Assembly (NCBI GenBank): GCA_019119235.1
Contig: DWXL01000088.1
Location: 1 to 51,761 of the forward strand
Source of the DNA: Candidatus Blautia excrementigallinarum
GTDB taxonomy: Bacteria; Bacillota; Clostridia; Lachnospirales; Lachnospiraceae
Reading direction: 5' to 3'
DNA length: 51,761 bases
The first letter of the stretch is position 1. Every line of letters begins with the position of its first letter. Shown here piece by piece: positions 29,188-39,206 of the stretch. Below the pieces are notes generated by a model. The model searched no databases and was not told where the DNA came from. It saw only the letters and a list, made by a program, of their open reading frames with translations. A program made the position numbers and the translations under genes.

Positions 29188-29767
29188 TTGGACCTCCTGC
29201 TATTCTTGTATTATGTATCACCCGCTGAAAAGCGAGGAAAATTTCCATATCAAAATTCTTGATCTCGTCGATCATCAGCTCCATGACCGTATGTATGTCA
29301 AAAGCGCTCCTGTAAGGCCGGTCGGAGCTGAGCGCCGCAAACACATCGCACACCCTCAGTATCCTCGCTCCCAGAGGTATCTCCTCTCCGGCAAGATTCG
29401 AGGGATAGCCGCTTCCGTCATAATTCTCATGGTGATAAAGGATACTTTCCAGGACAAAATCAGAATACCCCTGTCCTTTCAGCTCCTCGTATCCCAGAGT
29501 GGAATGCATACGCACATATTTCAGTTCCTCGATCAGAAGAGGATCCTGCTCTCTCCCGTCAATATATCCGGTAAGCTTCAGCTTCCCGATATCATGAAGC
29601 ATTCCGGCGATTGCCAGCTCATAACAGACACTTTCTTCCAGTCCCATCTCTGAAGCCACTGCATACGCCAGGTTGCTCACAACAATTCCGTGATTCAGTT
29701 CAACAGAAAGGTCAAATTCCAGGATCCTCTCCGTCGCTCTTACCGCATCTATGCGTGCCGCTCCCAA
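29120..29767 (-). CDS. Stand-alone HD-GYP domain protein
   Basis: LHDIGK, HHENYDGSGYP, RPYR; probable TTG start at 29767 behind GGAGG. Confidence 0.85.
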   Translation of the reverse strand: MGAARIDAVRATERILEFDLSVELNHGIVVSNLAYAVASEMGLEESVCYELAIAGMLHDIGKLKLTGYIDGREQDPLLIEELKYVRMHSTLGYEELKGQGYSDFVLESILYHHENYDGSGYPSNLAGEEIPLGARILRVCDVFAALSSDRPYRSAFDIHTVMELMIDEIKNFDMEIFLAFQRVIHNTRIAGGPNGVKEKTGNRYEGHFTKGDGNP

Positions 29768-29787
29768 GGTGTACACCTCCCCATCTC

Positions 29788-31299
29788 TTACAGCCAGGCT
29801 TCTATACCTGCTCTCTTTCGTTCGATCATCTCGTCAATACGGGTAATGTAGTTCCATACGTCTTTTACGTTTTCCACACGCTCTATCCGTTTTCCCCGGT
29901 CATGGACCAGCTTGGAGGAACCGCCGGCGCCCACCGCGATGATGGGCTGCTTTTCCTCCATAATTAGTATATTGTAAATGCCGGCTTTGTCAACCTTTGC
30001 ATAGCCTACATTTTCAAAATTTCCCTTCATGTTTTTCTGGCGGTACAGATAATAGGGTCCCATTCCCATTTCGTATGCAGTTTTCATGGTGAGATCCATG
30101 ATCTGCTGGTTGTTTTCAAAAGTCATCTCCTGATACCGGTCTTTAAAAATATTCAGCCTGGCTGCGCGCTTCACCGCGAGGGAATGAACTGTCATGCTGT
30201 CCGGCGCGAGCTCCCGGATCTCTCTCAGAGTGTTTTCCACCATGGAGATATCTTCTCCCGGAAGGCCGACGATCAGGTCCATATTAATATTGTCAAATCC
30301 ACGCTCTCTCGCCAGAAGGAAGGCCTGTCTGGTCTCCTGGACAGTATGCCGTCTGCCGATGATATCCAAAGTCTCCTGGTTCATGGTCTGGGGATTCACA
30401 GATATCCTGGTCACGGGATAGTTCCGGATCATCGCAAGTTTTTCTGCCGTAATGCTGTCCGGACGCCCCGCCTCCACTGTAAACTCCGCAAGTCCGTCAA
30501 AACCGAAAGAATTCTCCAGCGCGTCAAAAAGGCGTTTCAGCTGATCCGGTTCCAGTGTGGTTGGCGTTCCTCCGCCGATATAGATGGTATCAAGGACGCA
30601 GCCCTTTGCTTTCATCATCCGGGAAACCGCCTGAATTTCCTTTACAAGGGCGTCCAGATACAGATCCACACGGTCTTGCCACTGCTTCAGGGGATAAGAA
30701 CTGAAGGAACAGTACAGGCAGATACTGGGACAAAAAGGAATCCCCACATAAAGGCTGTACCCGTTTTCATAATCGATATCTTTCAGGATCTCCCTCTCCC
30801 TGTTGGCTATGGTAATGGCAAGGGCGGTCTTCTGCGGACTTACCAGATATCGTTCCCGCATTTCTTTCGCCGCTTCAGTATTCTTCATTCCCGATTCGAT
30901 CATACCCATCGCCAGCTTGGCCGGCCGGATCCCGGTAAGGTTTCCCCAGGGAAGCGTTCTTCCTGTGAGTTTCACCAGAAGCTGATAGAGGGCATACTTT
31001 ATCTTGTCTTTATTTTCTTTTCGTATCTCATGGGGATCCTTACAGCAAAGAAGGGCATCCGAAGACTGCCCCTGTATGAATTCCGCGCTGATCACACCTC
31101 TGCGCTCTTCACTGTCGTAATGGATCAGACAGTTCTGATCCTGTTTTTCTACCCGGAAGCGAAGATCTGTGCCGGCAGCATCCTGTTCTTCGTTCTCATA
31201 AGAGACGTTGATCTCGCTTTCCGGATAAAAAGCACGGATCAGTTCATAAATATCATGTTCAAATTCTCTGTCCAGAAATAAAATACTGATTTTAAACAA
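29788..31299 (-). CDS. hemZ: HemZ-type radical SAM protein
   Basis: WGNLTGIRP, CPSICLYC, GGGTPT, PYYLYRQKN; probable TTG start overlapping the upstream stop. Confidence 0.9.
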   Translation of the reverse strand: MFKISILFLDREFEHDIYELIRAFYPESEINVSYENEEQDAAGTDLRFRVEKQDQNCLIHYDSEERRGVISAEFIQGQSSDALLCCKDPHEIRKENKDKIKYALYQLLVKLTGRTLPWGNLTGIRPAKLAMGMIESGMKNTEAAKEMRERYLVSPQKTALAITIANREREILKDIDYENGYSLYVGIPFCPSICLYCSFSSYPLKQWQDRVDLYLDALVKEIQAVSRMMKAKGCVLDTIYIGGGTPTTLEPDQLKRLFDALENSFGFDGLAEFTVEAGRPDSITAEKLAMIRNYPVTRISVNPQTMNQETLDIIGRRHTVQETRQAFLLARERGFDNINMDLIVGLPGEDISMVENTLREIRELAPDSMTVHSLAVKRAARLNIFKDRYQEMTFENNQQIMDLTMKTAYEMGMGPYYLYRQKNMKGNFENVGYAKVDKAGIYNILIMEEKQPIIAVGAGGSSKLVHDRGKRIERVENVKDVWNYITRIDEMIERKRAGIEAWL

Positions 31300-31921
31300 A
31301 GGGATTATACCTCTTTTCATATCCGATGGTAGTGGAACTGTCATGCCCCGGATAAACCTCTGTCTCCTCGGGAAGCATATCCAGAAGCCTGTGAAGGCTC
31401 CGCACGATCTCCGCGGTGCTTCCGCCCGGAAAATCCGTCCGTCCCACCGAACCGTAAAACAGTGTATCTCCGCTGAAAAGCACGCCCTCATCCTTCAGAT
31501 AATAGCAGCAGCTCCCCTCCGTATGTCCCGGCGTCCCGATCATTTTAACAGTGAATCCGGCCGCTTCGAACTCCTGGAGATCCGAAAGCTCCACATCCGC
31601 CTTCAGAGAACAGACTCTGCCCTGATATGCGGAAAGGTTCGCCATGGGTTTTTCTAGGGTGGAAGCTTCTTTTTCCCACGCATAGACGGAAATACCGAAT
31701 TCTTTCTTCACTTCTTCTACGGCAAGTATATGGTCAAAATGTCCGTGGGTCAGAAGAATGCCCACAGGCTTCCCCTGCATCTCCCGCACTTTGGCGATGA
31801 CAGTTTCCGGACTGTCGCCGGGATCCACGATCAGCATCTCGCCTGTCTCCCTGTTCTTCAGGAAATAGCAGTTGGTCATCACCGGACCAAGGGTGCATTT
31901 CTGTAATTCCAGATTATTCAT
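31292..31921 (-). CDS. MBL-fold metallo-hydrolase (glyoxalase II-like)
   Basis: THGHFDH, TPGHT, SGDTLF, PGHD. Confidence 0.92.
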   Translation of the reverse strand: MNNLELQKCTLGPVMTNCYFLKNRETGEMLIVDPGDSPETVIAKVREMQGKPVGILLTHGHFDHILAVEEVKKEFGISVYAWEKEASTLEKPMANLSAYQGRVCSLKADVELSDLQEFEAAGFTVKMIGTPGHTEGSCCYYLKDEGVLFSGDTLFYGSVGRTDFPGGSTAEIVRSLHRLLDMLPEETEVYPGHDSSTTIGYEKRYNPFV

Positions 31922-31943
31922 ATCCGTTCCTTTCTGTACCGAA

Positions 31944-34274
31944 TCAGCCGGTAGTACGCTCTACATCCTGAACGCTTTCCACCTGGCGGATCTTCTCTAC
32001 AAGGGAAGCAAGTTCCTCTTTGCTGCCCACCTCAAAGCTTACGGAAATCGTCGCCTTATCCTGCTTGCTGATACGGCTGTTGATATTCTTAAGATCAATC
32101 TTCCGTTCCGTGAATATTTTCGCAAGATCAACAAGAAGTCCTGTACGGTTATTCGCGTAGATCTGAAGTTCTGCCGTATATTTCTCCGCGGCGCGGCTGT
32201 CAGTCTCCTGCCATTCCGCTTCGATCAGCCTGATCCTGTCCGCTTCGGACATATTCAGGACGTTGACGCAGTCGGTACGGTGGATGGTGATCCCCCGTCC
32301 TCTGGTAACGAAGCCCACGATCTCGTCGCCCGGGATCGGACTGCAGCACTTGGAAAAGCGCACCGCCACATCATGGATACCTCTGACGATAATACCACCC
32401 TTGGATTTGGCGATATGGAGCTTCTCCTGAGCCTCCGCCGCAGCCTCCAGTACTTCCTCGTCAGTGATCTTCTTTTTGTTTTCCTTCTCATAGGCTTCCA
32501 GCAGTTTATTGAAAACCTGGCCTTCCTTAAGGCCGCCGTGTCCGATGGCCGCCAGGACGGAATCCCAGTCGCGGAAGCCGTATTTATGCATTACTGCCTC
32601 CAGATACTGGTTCTTCAGATAATTCCCGATCTTGTATCCTTTGGTTTTCGCATACTGGGCAAGCATCTCCTTGCCTTTGAGAATATTGTCTTCTTTCAGT
32701 TCCTTTTTGAACCACTGATTGATCTTGTTTTTCGCCTGAGTACTCTTCACCAGCTTCAGCCAGTCGCGGCTGGGACCCTGGGAATTCTGGGACGTAATGA
32801 TCTCAATACGGTCTCCGTTCTGGATCTCGTATTCAATAGGCACCAGTTTTCCGTTTACACGGGCGCCAACCATTCTGTTTCCCACCGCGCTGTGTACCGA
32901 ATAGGCAAAATCTATGGGGGTGGAACCTGTGGGAAGAGTTTTCACATCGCCCTGAGGCGTAAAACAGTATACATTGTCCGCAAACAGATTCAGGTCATTT
33001 TTCAGAAGGCTCATAAACTCTCTGTTGTCAGACATGTCTCTCTGCCACTCCAGGATCTGGCGCAGCCAGTTAAGCTTCTCTTCCTCCTGTTTTCCCACCG
33101 GCACCTTGCCGTCGGAAGACTCCTTATATTTCCAGTGGGCGGCGATACCGTATTCCGCCGTCTTGTGCATCTCGTAAGTACGGATCTGAATCTCAAAAGG
33201 CTGTCCATTGGGCCCGATCAGTGTCGTATGAAGAGACTGATACATATTGGGCTTCGGCATGGCGATATAATCCTTGAACCTGCCCGGGATGGGCTTGTAC
33301 ATCTCGTGGATAACGCCCAGGGCGCCGTAGCAGTCTTTCACCGTGTCCACAAGGATACGCACGGCAAAAAGATCGTAGATCTGATCGATGGTCTTGTCCT
33401 GATTGACCATCTTTTTGTATATGCTGAAAAAATGCTTGATCCTTCCGTCCACCTGGGATTTGATCCCGGCGTCGTCCATGTGCTGCTTTACCTGACGGAC
33501 AATACTGTTGACGAATTCTTCTCTTTCACTTTTGCGGAGGGCGATCTTGTCAACCAGATCATAGTACACTTCCGGTTTCAGATATTTCAGAGACAGATCG
33601 TCCAGCTCCACCTTGATCTTTGAAATACCGAGACGCATGGCGATCGGGGCATAGATATCCATGGTCTCCCTTGCCTTCTCCAGCTGTTTTTCCGGCTTCA
33701 TATACTGGAGCGTTCTCATGTTGTGCAGCCGGTCCGCCAGCTTGATCAGGATCACGCGGATGTCCTTCGCCATGGCGAGGAACATCTTCCGCAGATTCTC
33801 CGCCTGCAGCTCCACCTTGTCCTTGGAATAGTTCAGCTGTCCCAGTTTGGTTACCCCGTCCACAAGAAGGGCTACCTCGGAACCGAATTCCTTCTCCACT
33901 TCCTCATAGGTCATCCAGGTGTCCTCCACAGCGTCATGGAGAAGCCCTGCAACAATGGTCTCTTTGTCAAGTTCCAGATCCGCCAGGATGATAGCGACGC
34001 AAAGGGGATGAATGATATAGGGTTCTCCCGATTTTCTCTTCTGATCCTTATGCGCTTCCCTGGCCACCTCATAGGCCTTCTGTATCATGGAAATGTCTGC
34101 GGATGGATGATATTTTCTCACACTGGAGATCAGTTCCTGATACAGATCTTCCGGACTGGTGAAATCGCTCATGGATTTCACCGCTGCGTCCGCCCGCTGT
34201 ACAGATTTCAGCTTTTCCTGCTCCTCCTGTACGGGGCTGCTTTCCACTTGTACATCTTTCCTCGTCTCTTCCAT
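31944..34274 (-). CDS. relA: Bifunctional (p)ppGpp synthetase/hydrolase
   Basis: RKSGEPYIIHP, LLHD, KLADRLHNMRT, YQSLHT, TGS and ACT domains. Confidence 0.97.
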   Translation of the reverse strand: MEETRKDVQVESSPVQEEQEKLKSVQRADAAVKSMSDFTSPEDLYQELISSVRKYHPSADISMIQKAYEVAREAHKDQKRKSGEPYIIHPLCVAIILADLELDKETIVAGLLHDAVEDTWMTYEEVEKEFGSEVALLVDGVTKLGQLNYSKDKVELQAENLRKMFLAMAKDIRVILIKLADRLHNMRTLQYMKPEKQLEKARETMDIYAPIAMRLGISKIKVELDDLSLKYLKPEVYYDLVDKIALRKSEREEFVNSIVRQVKQHMDDAGIKSQVDGRIKHFFSIYKKMVNQDKTIDQIYDLFAVRILVDTVKDCYGALGVIHEMYKPIPGRFKDYIAMPKPNMYQSLHTTLIGPNGQPFEIQIRTYEMHKTAEYGIAAHWKYKESSDGKVPVGKQEEEKLNWLRQILEWQRDMSDNREFMSLLKNDLNLFADNVYCFTPQGDVKTLPTGSTPIDFAYSVHSAVGNRMVGARVNGKLVPIEYEIQNGDRIEIITSQNSQGPSRDWLKLVKSTQAKNKINQWFKKELKEDNILKGKEMLAQYAKTKGYKIGNYLKNQYLEAVMHKYGFRDWDSVLAAIGHGGLKEGQVFNKLLEAYEKENKKKITDEEVLEAAAEAQEKLHIAKSKGGIIVRGIHDVAVRFSKCCSPIPGDEIVGFVTRGRGITIHRTDCVNVLNMSEADRIRLIEAEWQETDSRAAEKYTAELQIYANNRTGLLVDLAKIFTERKIDLKNINSRISKQDKATISVSFEVGSKEELASLVEKIRQVESVQDVERTTG

Positions 34275-34313
34275 TATCTCCCACCTGCCTGATATCACAT
34301 CATCTGGTCACAG

Positions 34314-34838
34314 TTATTTTCCCTCATAACGGATTACAGAATCCACATTATATCCCTTGAGCTTCTCACGTCCCTTCAGGCCCTCAAGTTCCATAAGAAA
34401 AACGATCTTCACAACCTCTCCGCCCAGTCTCTCGATCAGCTTCACCGCCGCCTCGACTGTGCCGCCTGTAGCGATCAGGTCGTCCACAACCGCAACTTTC
34501 TGGCCCGGTTTGATCGCGTCCTTATGGATTTCGATCTCCTCACTTCCATATTCCAGATCATATGTCTGAGAGATCGTCTCACAGGGAAGCTTTCCTTTCT
34601 TGCGCACAGGCACGAAAGCCTTGTGAAGATTATAGGCAATGGGAACTCCAAACATAAATCCTCTGGATTCCAGTCCCACGATGACGTCCAGATCCATATC
34701 ATTCAGATACGACTGCATGGAATCTATGGCAAGATTCAGTCCGTCGGCGTCCTGAAGAATGCTGGTAACGTCGCGGAAAATCACTCCCGGTTCCGGAAAA
34801 TCCGGAATACTCCTCACATATTCTTCTAGTTTCTTCAT
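34314..34838 (-). CDS. apt: Adenine phosphoribosyltransferase
   Basis: IPDFPEPG, ESRGF, VDDLIATGGT; start moved to MKKLEEY. Confidence 0.97.
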   Translation of the reverse strand: MKKLEEYVRSIPDFPEPGVIFRDVTSILQDADGLNLAIDSMQSYLNDMDLDVIVGLESRGFMFGVPIAYNLHKAFVPVRKKGKLPCETISQTYDLEYGSEEIEIHKDAIKPGQKVAVVDDLIATGGTVEAAVKLIERLGGEVVKIVFLMELEGLKGREKLKGYNVDSVIRYEGK

Positions 34839-34983
34839 TGTTCCGTACCTCCGCATTGATATAATCCAAGGCCCGCTGACACGGGCTCCAATATACATGA
34901 AATCTTAATAAGTATAGCACTTTTCAGTTCCGGAATCAATGCAAAACCCGTCAGGGTATGCTAAAAACCGCCCTTTTTCACGG

Positions 34984-36696
34984 TCAGCAGTAATTCCTGA
35001 TCACAATCTGAAGAGTTTCTCTTCCCTGATATACGTTGATCTCCGGATAGTATGTAACAGAAACTGTCTCATGTCCGGAGACATAGCCGGCAAATTCTTC
35101 CGCCTGTCCAAAATACACAGCTTCTACAGCGGTCCCTTCCGGATCCATGAGTGTCATTTTCGCCACATTATGATTCTTGCCAAGAATTCTGAGATTTAAA
35201 ACTCTTAGTCCTTTCTGAGCGAAAAGCGGTTTCGTATTGCCTTTTCCGAAAGGTTCAAGAAGAGACAGTTCTTCGATCAGTTTTCTGGAAATATAGGATA
35301 CCGGCATGGGAACGTCTATGGTGACTTTCGGGGTAAGCATTTCTTCTGTCAGAGTGCAGCATTCGTTGATCCGGCGCCGGAATACTTCCACATTTTCCTC
35401 TTTCAGGGAAAGTCCCGCCGCCATGGGATGGCCTCCGAACTGTTCCAGAAGATCGCCGCATTTTACAAGCTCGTCATACATGGAATATGTCTCGATGGAG
35501 CGGCCGCTGCCCTTGACTCCCCCGCTGCCCCTTGTAAGCACAAATGCCGGCTTATAATACTTTTCCCGGATCCTTCCCGCAATGATCCCGGCGAGACTTT
35601 CGTGACAGTCCGGAAGAAATATAACCAGTACCCTGTCGTTTTTGAGATCTGTACCTTCCACCAGTCGTTCCGCCTCTTCTTTTCCCTGCTCCGTCAGGGC
35701 TTTGCGGCTCTGGTTGAGGGCGAGAAGATCTCCCGCATTTTTCGCCGCGCTGTCACTGTCCGTCTCGCAGAGCAGCTTCAGGGAACGGGCCGCCGTATCC
35801 AGGCGTCCGCTGGCGTTGATACAGGGGCCCAGGACAAACCCTACATGATAGGCGGTTATCCTGCTCCCTTCCAGCCCGTTTGCCGCGATAAGGGCTCTGA
35901 GCCCTTTGTTGGCAGTATGGGGAAGTCTCTTTAGGCCTTCTTTTACGATGATCCTGTTTTCTCCCTGAAGATCCATCACATCCCCCACAGTGGCGATGGC
36001 TGCGATCTCGGCAAATTCCAGGATTTCTTCCTCCGGGATCCCGTTCTTTTCGTACAGCGCCCAGATCAGTTTCCAGGCGACCGCCGCGCCGCAGAGCTTT
36101 TTATTTGGATATAAACAGACAGGCAGCCTGGGATCGATCACCGCGTCCGCGGGAGGTATTACCCACTCTCGTCCGCTTTCCGTATCCCTGTACGGAACCT
36201 CATGGTGATCTGTAACGATCACAGTCATCCCGTACTTTTTTGCCTCCGCGATTTCATCGGCGGCGGATATCCCGTTATCACAGGTCACGATGGTATCAAT
36301 ATGATCCTCTTTCGCCTGTTCGATCAGCTGACGGTGGATCCCGTAACCGTCCTTCACCCGATCCGGAATATAGGTATCCACATCCGCCCCCAGACGTTTC
36401 AGCCCTTTCAGCAGGATATATGTGGCCGATACGCCGTCTATATCATAATCGCCGATGATCCTGATCCTGGCTCTGCGGGCGGTTTTCTCTGAAAGGATAT
36501 CCACCGCCGTGTCCATATCCCTCAGAAGCCAGGGCGACGGCAGATCTTTCAGTGTACCGTACAGATAGGTACGGATATCTTCCATCTCCACAACATCTCT
36601 GTTCCTGATCAGTCTGGCAATCACAGGATCGATCCCGAACTTCCCGGCAATTTCCTGAAAATCTGCCCTTTTGGCCGTCACAACCCACTTTTCCAT
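34984..36696 (-). CDS. recJ: ssDNA exonuclease RecJ
   Basis: GDYDIDG, TCDNGI, TDHH, GSGRS, GGHPMAAG. Confidence 0.96.
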   Translation of the reverse strand: MEKWVVTAKRADFQEIAGKFGIDPVIARLIRNRDVVEMEDIRTYLYGTLKDLPSPWLLRDMDTAVDILSEKTARRARIRIIGDYDIDGVSATYILLKGLKRLGADVDTYIPDRVKDGYGIHRQLIEQAKEDHIDTIVTCDNGISAADEIAEAKKYGMTVIVTDHHEVPYRDTESGREWVIPPADAVIDPRLPVCLYPNKKLCGAAVAWKLIWALYEKNGIPEEEILEFAEIAAIATVGDVMDLQGENRIIVKEGLKRLPHTANKGLRALIAANGLEGSRITAYHVGFVLGPCINASGRLDTAARSLKLLCETDSDSAAKNAGDLLALNQSRKALTEQGKEEAERLVEGTDLKNDRVLVIFLPDCHESLAGIIAGRIREKYYKPAFVLTRGSGGVKGSGRSIETYSMYDELVKCGDLLEQFGGHPMAAGLSLKEENVEVFRRRINECCTLTEEMLTPKVTIDVPMPVSYISRKLIEELSLLEPFGKGNTKPLFAQKGLRVLNLRILGKNHNVAKMTLMDPEGTAVEAVYFGQAEEFAGYVSGHETVSVTYYPEINVYQGRETLQIVIRNYC

Positions 36697-36757
36697 AATT
36701 CCTCCTGATAAACAGTAATCCCGGGACAAAATCCGTGCCCCGGGATGCTGGTTCATA

Positions 36758-39184
36758 TTATTCAGACTTTTCTTCCTGAGAAGGGTCTTTCGCAGCCGCT
36801 TCCCGCGCCAGCCGCTCCGCAACTCTCTTACGTTTTTTCTTTTTGGGCTGGTTCTTACTGTTTTTTCTTCCCTGAGTGCTGCCGCTCTTATCTTCTGAGG
36901 CAGCCGTATTCCCGCCTGTCAGCGCGCCTGCCGGTGCTCCGGCCAGTGCGGCCGTCTGAGTACCCGCTTTTGTGAAGTGGCGTTTCATTACCAGCCACAG
37001 CGGACCGGTAATACATACAGATGAATATGCTCCGCATACGATACCTACCATAAGAGGTGCCGCGAATTCCTTAATGGAGGATACTCCCATCACATAGAGA
37101 ACCGCCACCATGATAAAGGTTGTCAGCGATGTATAAATACTTCTTGTAAGCGTCTGGGTGATACTGTTGTTCACGATCTCAGCCAGATCCGTCCTGCTCT
37201 GTCCTTCGTGAAGGTTCTCACGGATACGGTCAAAGATAACGATCGTGGCGTTGATGGAATATCCAAGGATCGTCAGCATAACGGCGATAAAGGTATTTCC
37301 CACAGATGTTCTGGAAATCGCGTAGAACGCGAATACTACCAGCACGTCGTGGAGAAGCGCCAGAACCGCGCTGCTGGCAAAACGGATATCCTTGAACCGG
37401 AACCAGATATAGATCAGCATACATACCGCAGCTATCGCAACCGCCACAAGAGCGTCTCTTCTCATCTCAGCGCTTACAGTTCCGGAGATACTTTCTGTGG
37501 AAATCAGAGTCTCATCTACGTCAAAATTCTCCACCATGGCCTGATTCAGAGCCTCGCGCTCCTCCTGGGAAAGGGTACGGGTCTTGATCACGACCTGATT
37601 GGTCCCCACCACCTTGGTGGGCTGCACGTTCTTGTCCCCTGTTACTTTCCCCACTACAGGCGTCACTTCTGAGTCGATCTGTTTGATGTCCATATCCTCG
37701 TTAAAGGTAACCGTTGTCGCCGTACCGCCGGAGAACTCCAGGCTGTAATTCAGCACGCTGCCTTTGGATACATTGTTGATCAGCATCGCCGCCGGTCCGG
37801 AAAGGATCAGGAGGATGGAGATCAGGAAGAACAGTTTCCTTTTTCCCGCAAAGTTAAACGCCTTGCGCTCTTTGGCTCTTCCATAAAATTTTTCATCCTG
37901 AACGCCCACCGCATACAGCGCGTTTACCACGAATCTGGAGATCACAAGGGCCGTAAACATGGATACCACGATACCGATGGCCAGAGTGTATGCAAATCCT
38001 TTTACTGTTCCGGATCCCAGCCACATCAGTACGAAAGCGGCGATCAGCGTAGTGATATTTCCGTCAAAGATCGCGGAAAAAGCCTTGGAAAATCCGGCTT
38101 TGATCGCTCCCCTCACAGAAATCCCCGCCGCGATCTCCTCTTTGATGCGGGCGTATATGATCACGTTGGCGTCCACCGCCATACCGATACCCAGAATGAT
38201 ACCCGCGATACCGGGCAGTGTCAGTGTAATGTCAAAGGCGTTGAGTACGATCAGCACAATGGCTGTATAGAGGATCAGGGCAATACCTGCCACAACGCCG
38301 GGAACGCGGTATACGATGATCATCAGCAGGATCACCAGCACAAGACCGATCCCGCCCGCGATCACACTGGTGGTGATAGCTTCCTCGCCAAGCTGGGCCG
38401 CTACCACACTGGAACGCAGTTCCTCCAGTTCCAGGCTCAGTGAACCGATACGGATATAGGAAGCAAGGTTCTGCGCTTCCTCCACATCAGCCATTCCGTT
38501 GATCTGCGCCTGTCCGCCGGTAATCGCTTCCTGAACGGTAGGCGCGCTCAAGATCTCGTCGTCATAGACAATGGCGATCTGGCTTCCCACATTATTCTCT
38601 GTCGCTTCCGCGAATTTCTCTGATCCCTCGTCTGTAAGGATCAGATTTACCGCGTATTCTCTGCTGCTGCCGTCCTGATTCTGGTAGGCGCCGCCTTCCG
38701 CGTCCGCCACGTCCGTTCCTTCCAGCACAACAGAACCGGCTTCCCGGATCTCGTCCAGACTTCTGGAAAGCACATATGTTGTTCCGTCATACTCAAAGTT
38801 CGTATTGCCATCCGCGTCTGTCTGCTCAATAAAGCACAGTGATCCCGGTTTTCCGAGATCATTCAGGATCTGGTCCGCGTCTGTCACTCCGGGAATCTCT
38901 ACCGTGATACGGTTGCTTCCCTCCTGATACGCCTGAGCTTCCGTGCTGTACTGTTCTACACGCTTTTGCATCTTATAGACAGTATCTTTCATATCCTCGC
39001 TGTCAGGATTTTCTTCTTTCGCCTGATATGTAATGCTGACGCCGCCCGCCAGATCAAGACCTGTTTTGATATTCTTTGCAGATCCTGTTCCGGTAGATCC
39101 GATGCCAAATCCCGCCGTATAACACAGGAAGGCTGTGATGATCACAGTCAGCACCAGTACCGCGATTCCTCTGTTTTTCTTCAT
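36758..39184 (-). CDS. secDF: Fused protein translocase subunit SecDF
   Basis: GLDLAGG, GMAVDANVII, EFSGG, GYSINATIVIFDRIRE. Confidence 0.95.
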   Translation of the reverse strand: MKKNRGIAVLVLTVIITAFLCYTAGFGIGSTGTGSAKNIKTGLDLAGGVSITYQAKEENPDSEDMKDTVYKMQKRVEQYSTEAQAYQEGSNRITVEIPGVTDADQILNDLGKPGSLCFIEQTDADGNTNFEYDGTTYVLSRSLDEIREAGSVVLEGTDVADAEGGAYQNQDGSSREYAVNLILTDEGSEKFAEATENNVGSQIAIVYDDEILSAPTVQEAITGGQAQINGMADVEEAQNLASYIRIGSLSLELEELRSSVVAAQLGEEAITTSVIAGGIGLVLVILLMIIVYRVPGVVAGIALILYTAIVLIVLNAFDITLTLPGIAGIILGIGMAVDANVIIYARIKEEIAAGISVRGAIKAGFSKAFSAIFDGNITTLIAAFVLMWLGSGTVKGFAYTLAIGIVVSMFTALVISRFVVNALYAVGVQDEKFYGRAKERKAFNFAGKRKLFFLISILLILSGPAAMLINNVSKGSVLNYSLEFSGGTATTVTFNEDMDIKQIDSEVTPVVGKVTGDKNVQPTKVVGTNQVVIKTRTLSQEEREALNQAMVENFDVDETLISTESISGTVSAEMRRDALVAVAIAAVCMLIYIWFRFKDIRFASSAVLALLHDVLVVFAFYAISRTSVGNTFIAVMLTILGYSINATIVIFDRIRENLHEGQSRTDLAEIVNNSITQTLTRSIYTSLTTFIMVAVLYVMGVSSIKEFAAPLMVGIVCGAYSSVCITGPLWLVMKRHFTKAGTQTAALAGAPAGALTGGNTAASEDKSGSTQGRKNSKNQPKKKKRKRVAERLAREAAAKDPSQEEKSE

Positions 39185-39206
39185 GGTCTATCCCTTCTTA
39201 CTTTCA

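Noticed and set aside
31872-33623. 583-aa plus-strand ORF and similar long ORFs (2082-3194, 4587-5894, 10313-11605, 30184-31281, 39135-40610)
   Set aside because: Antisense shadows of well-supported minus-strand genes; no recognisable motifs.
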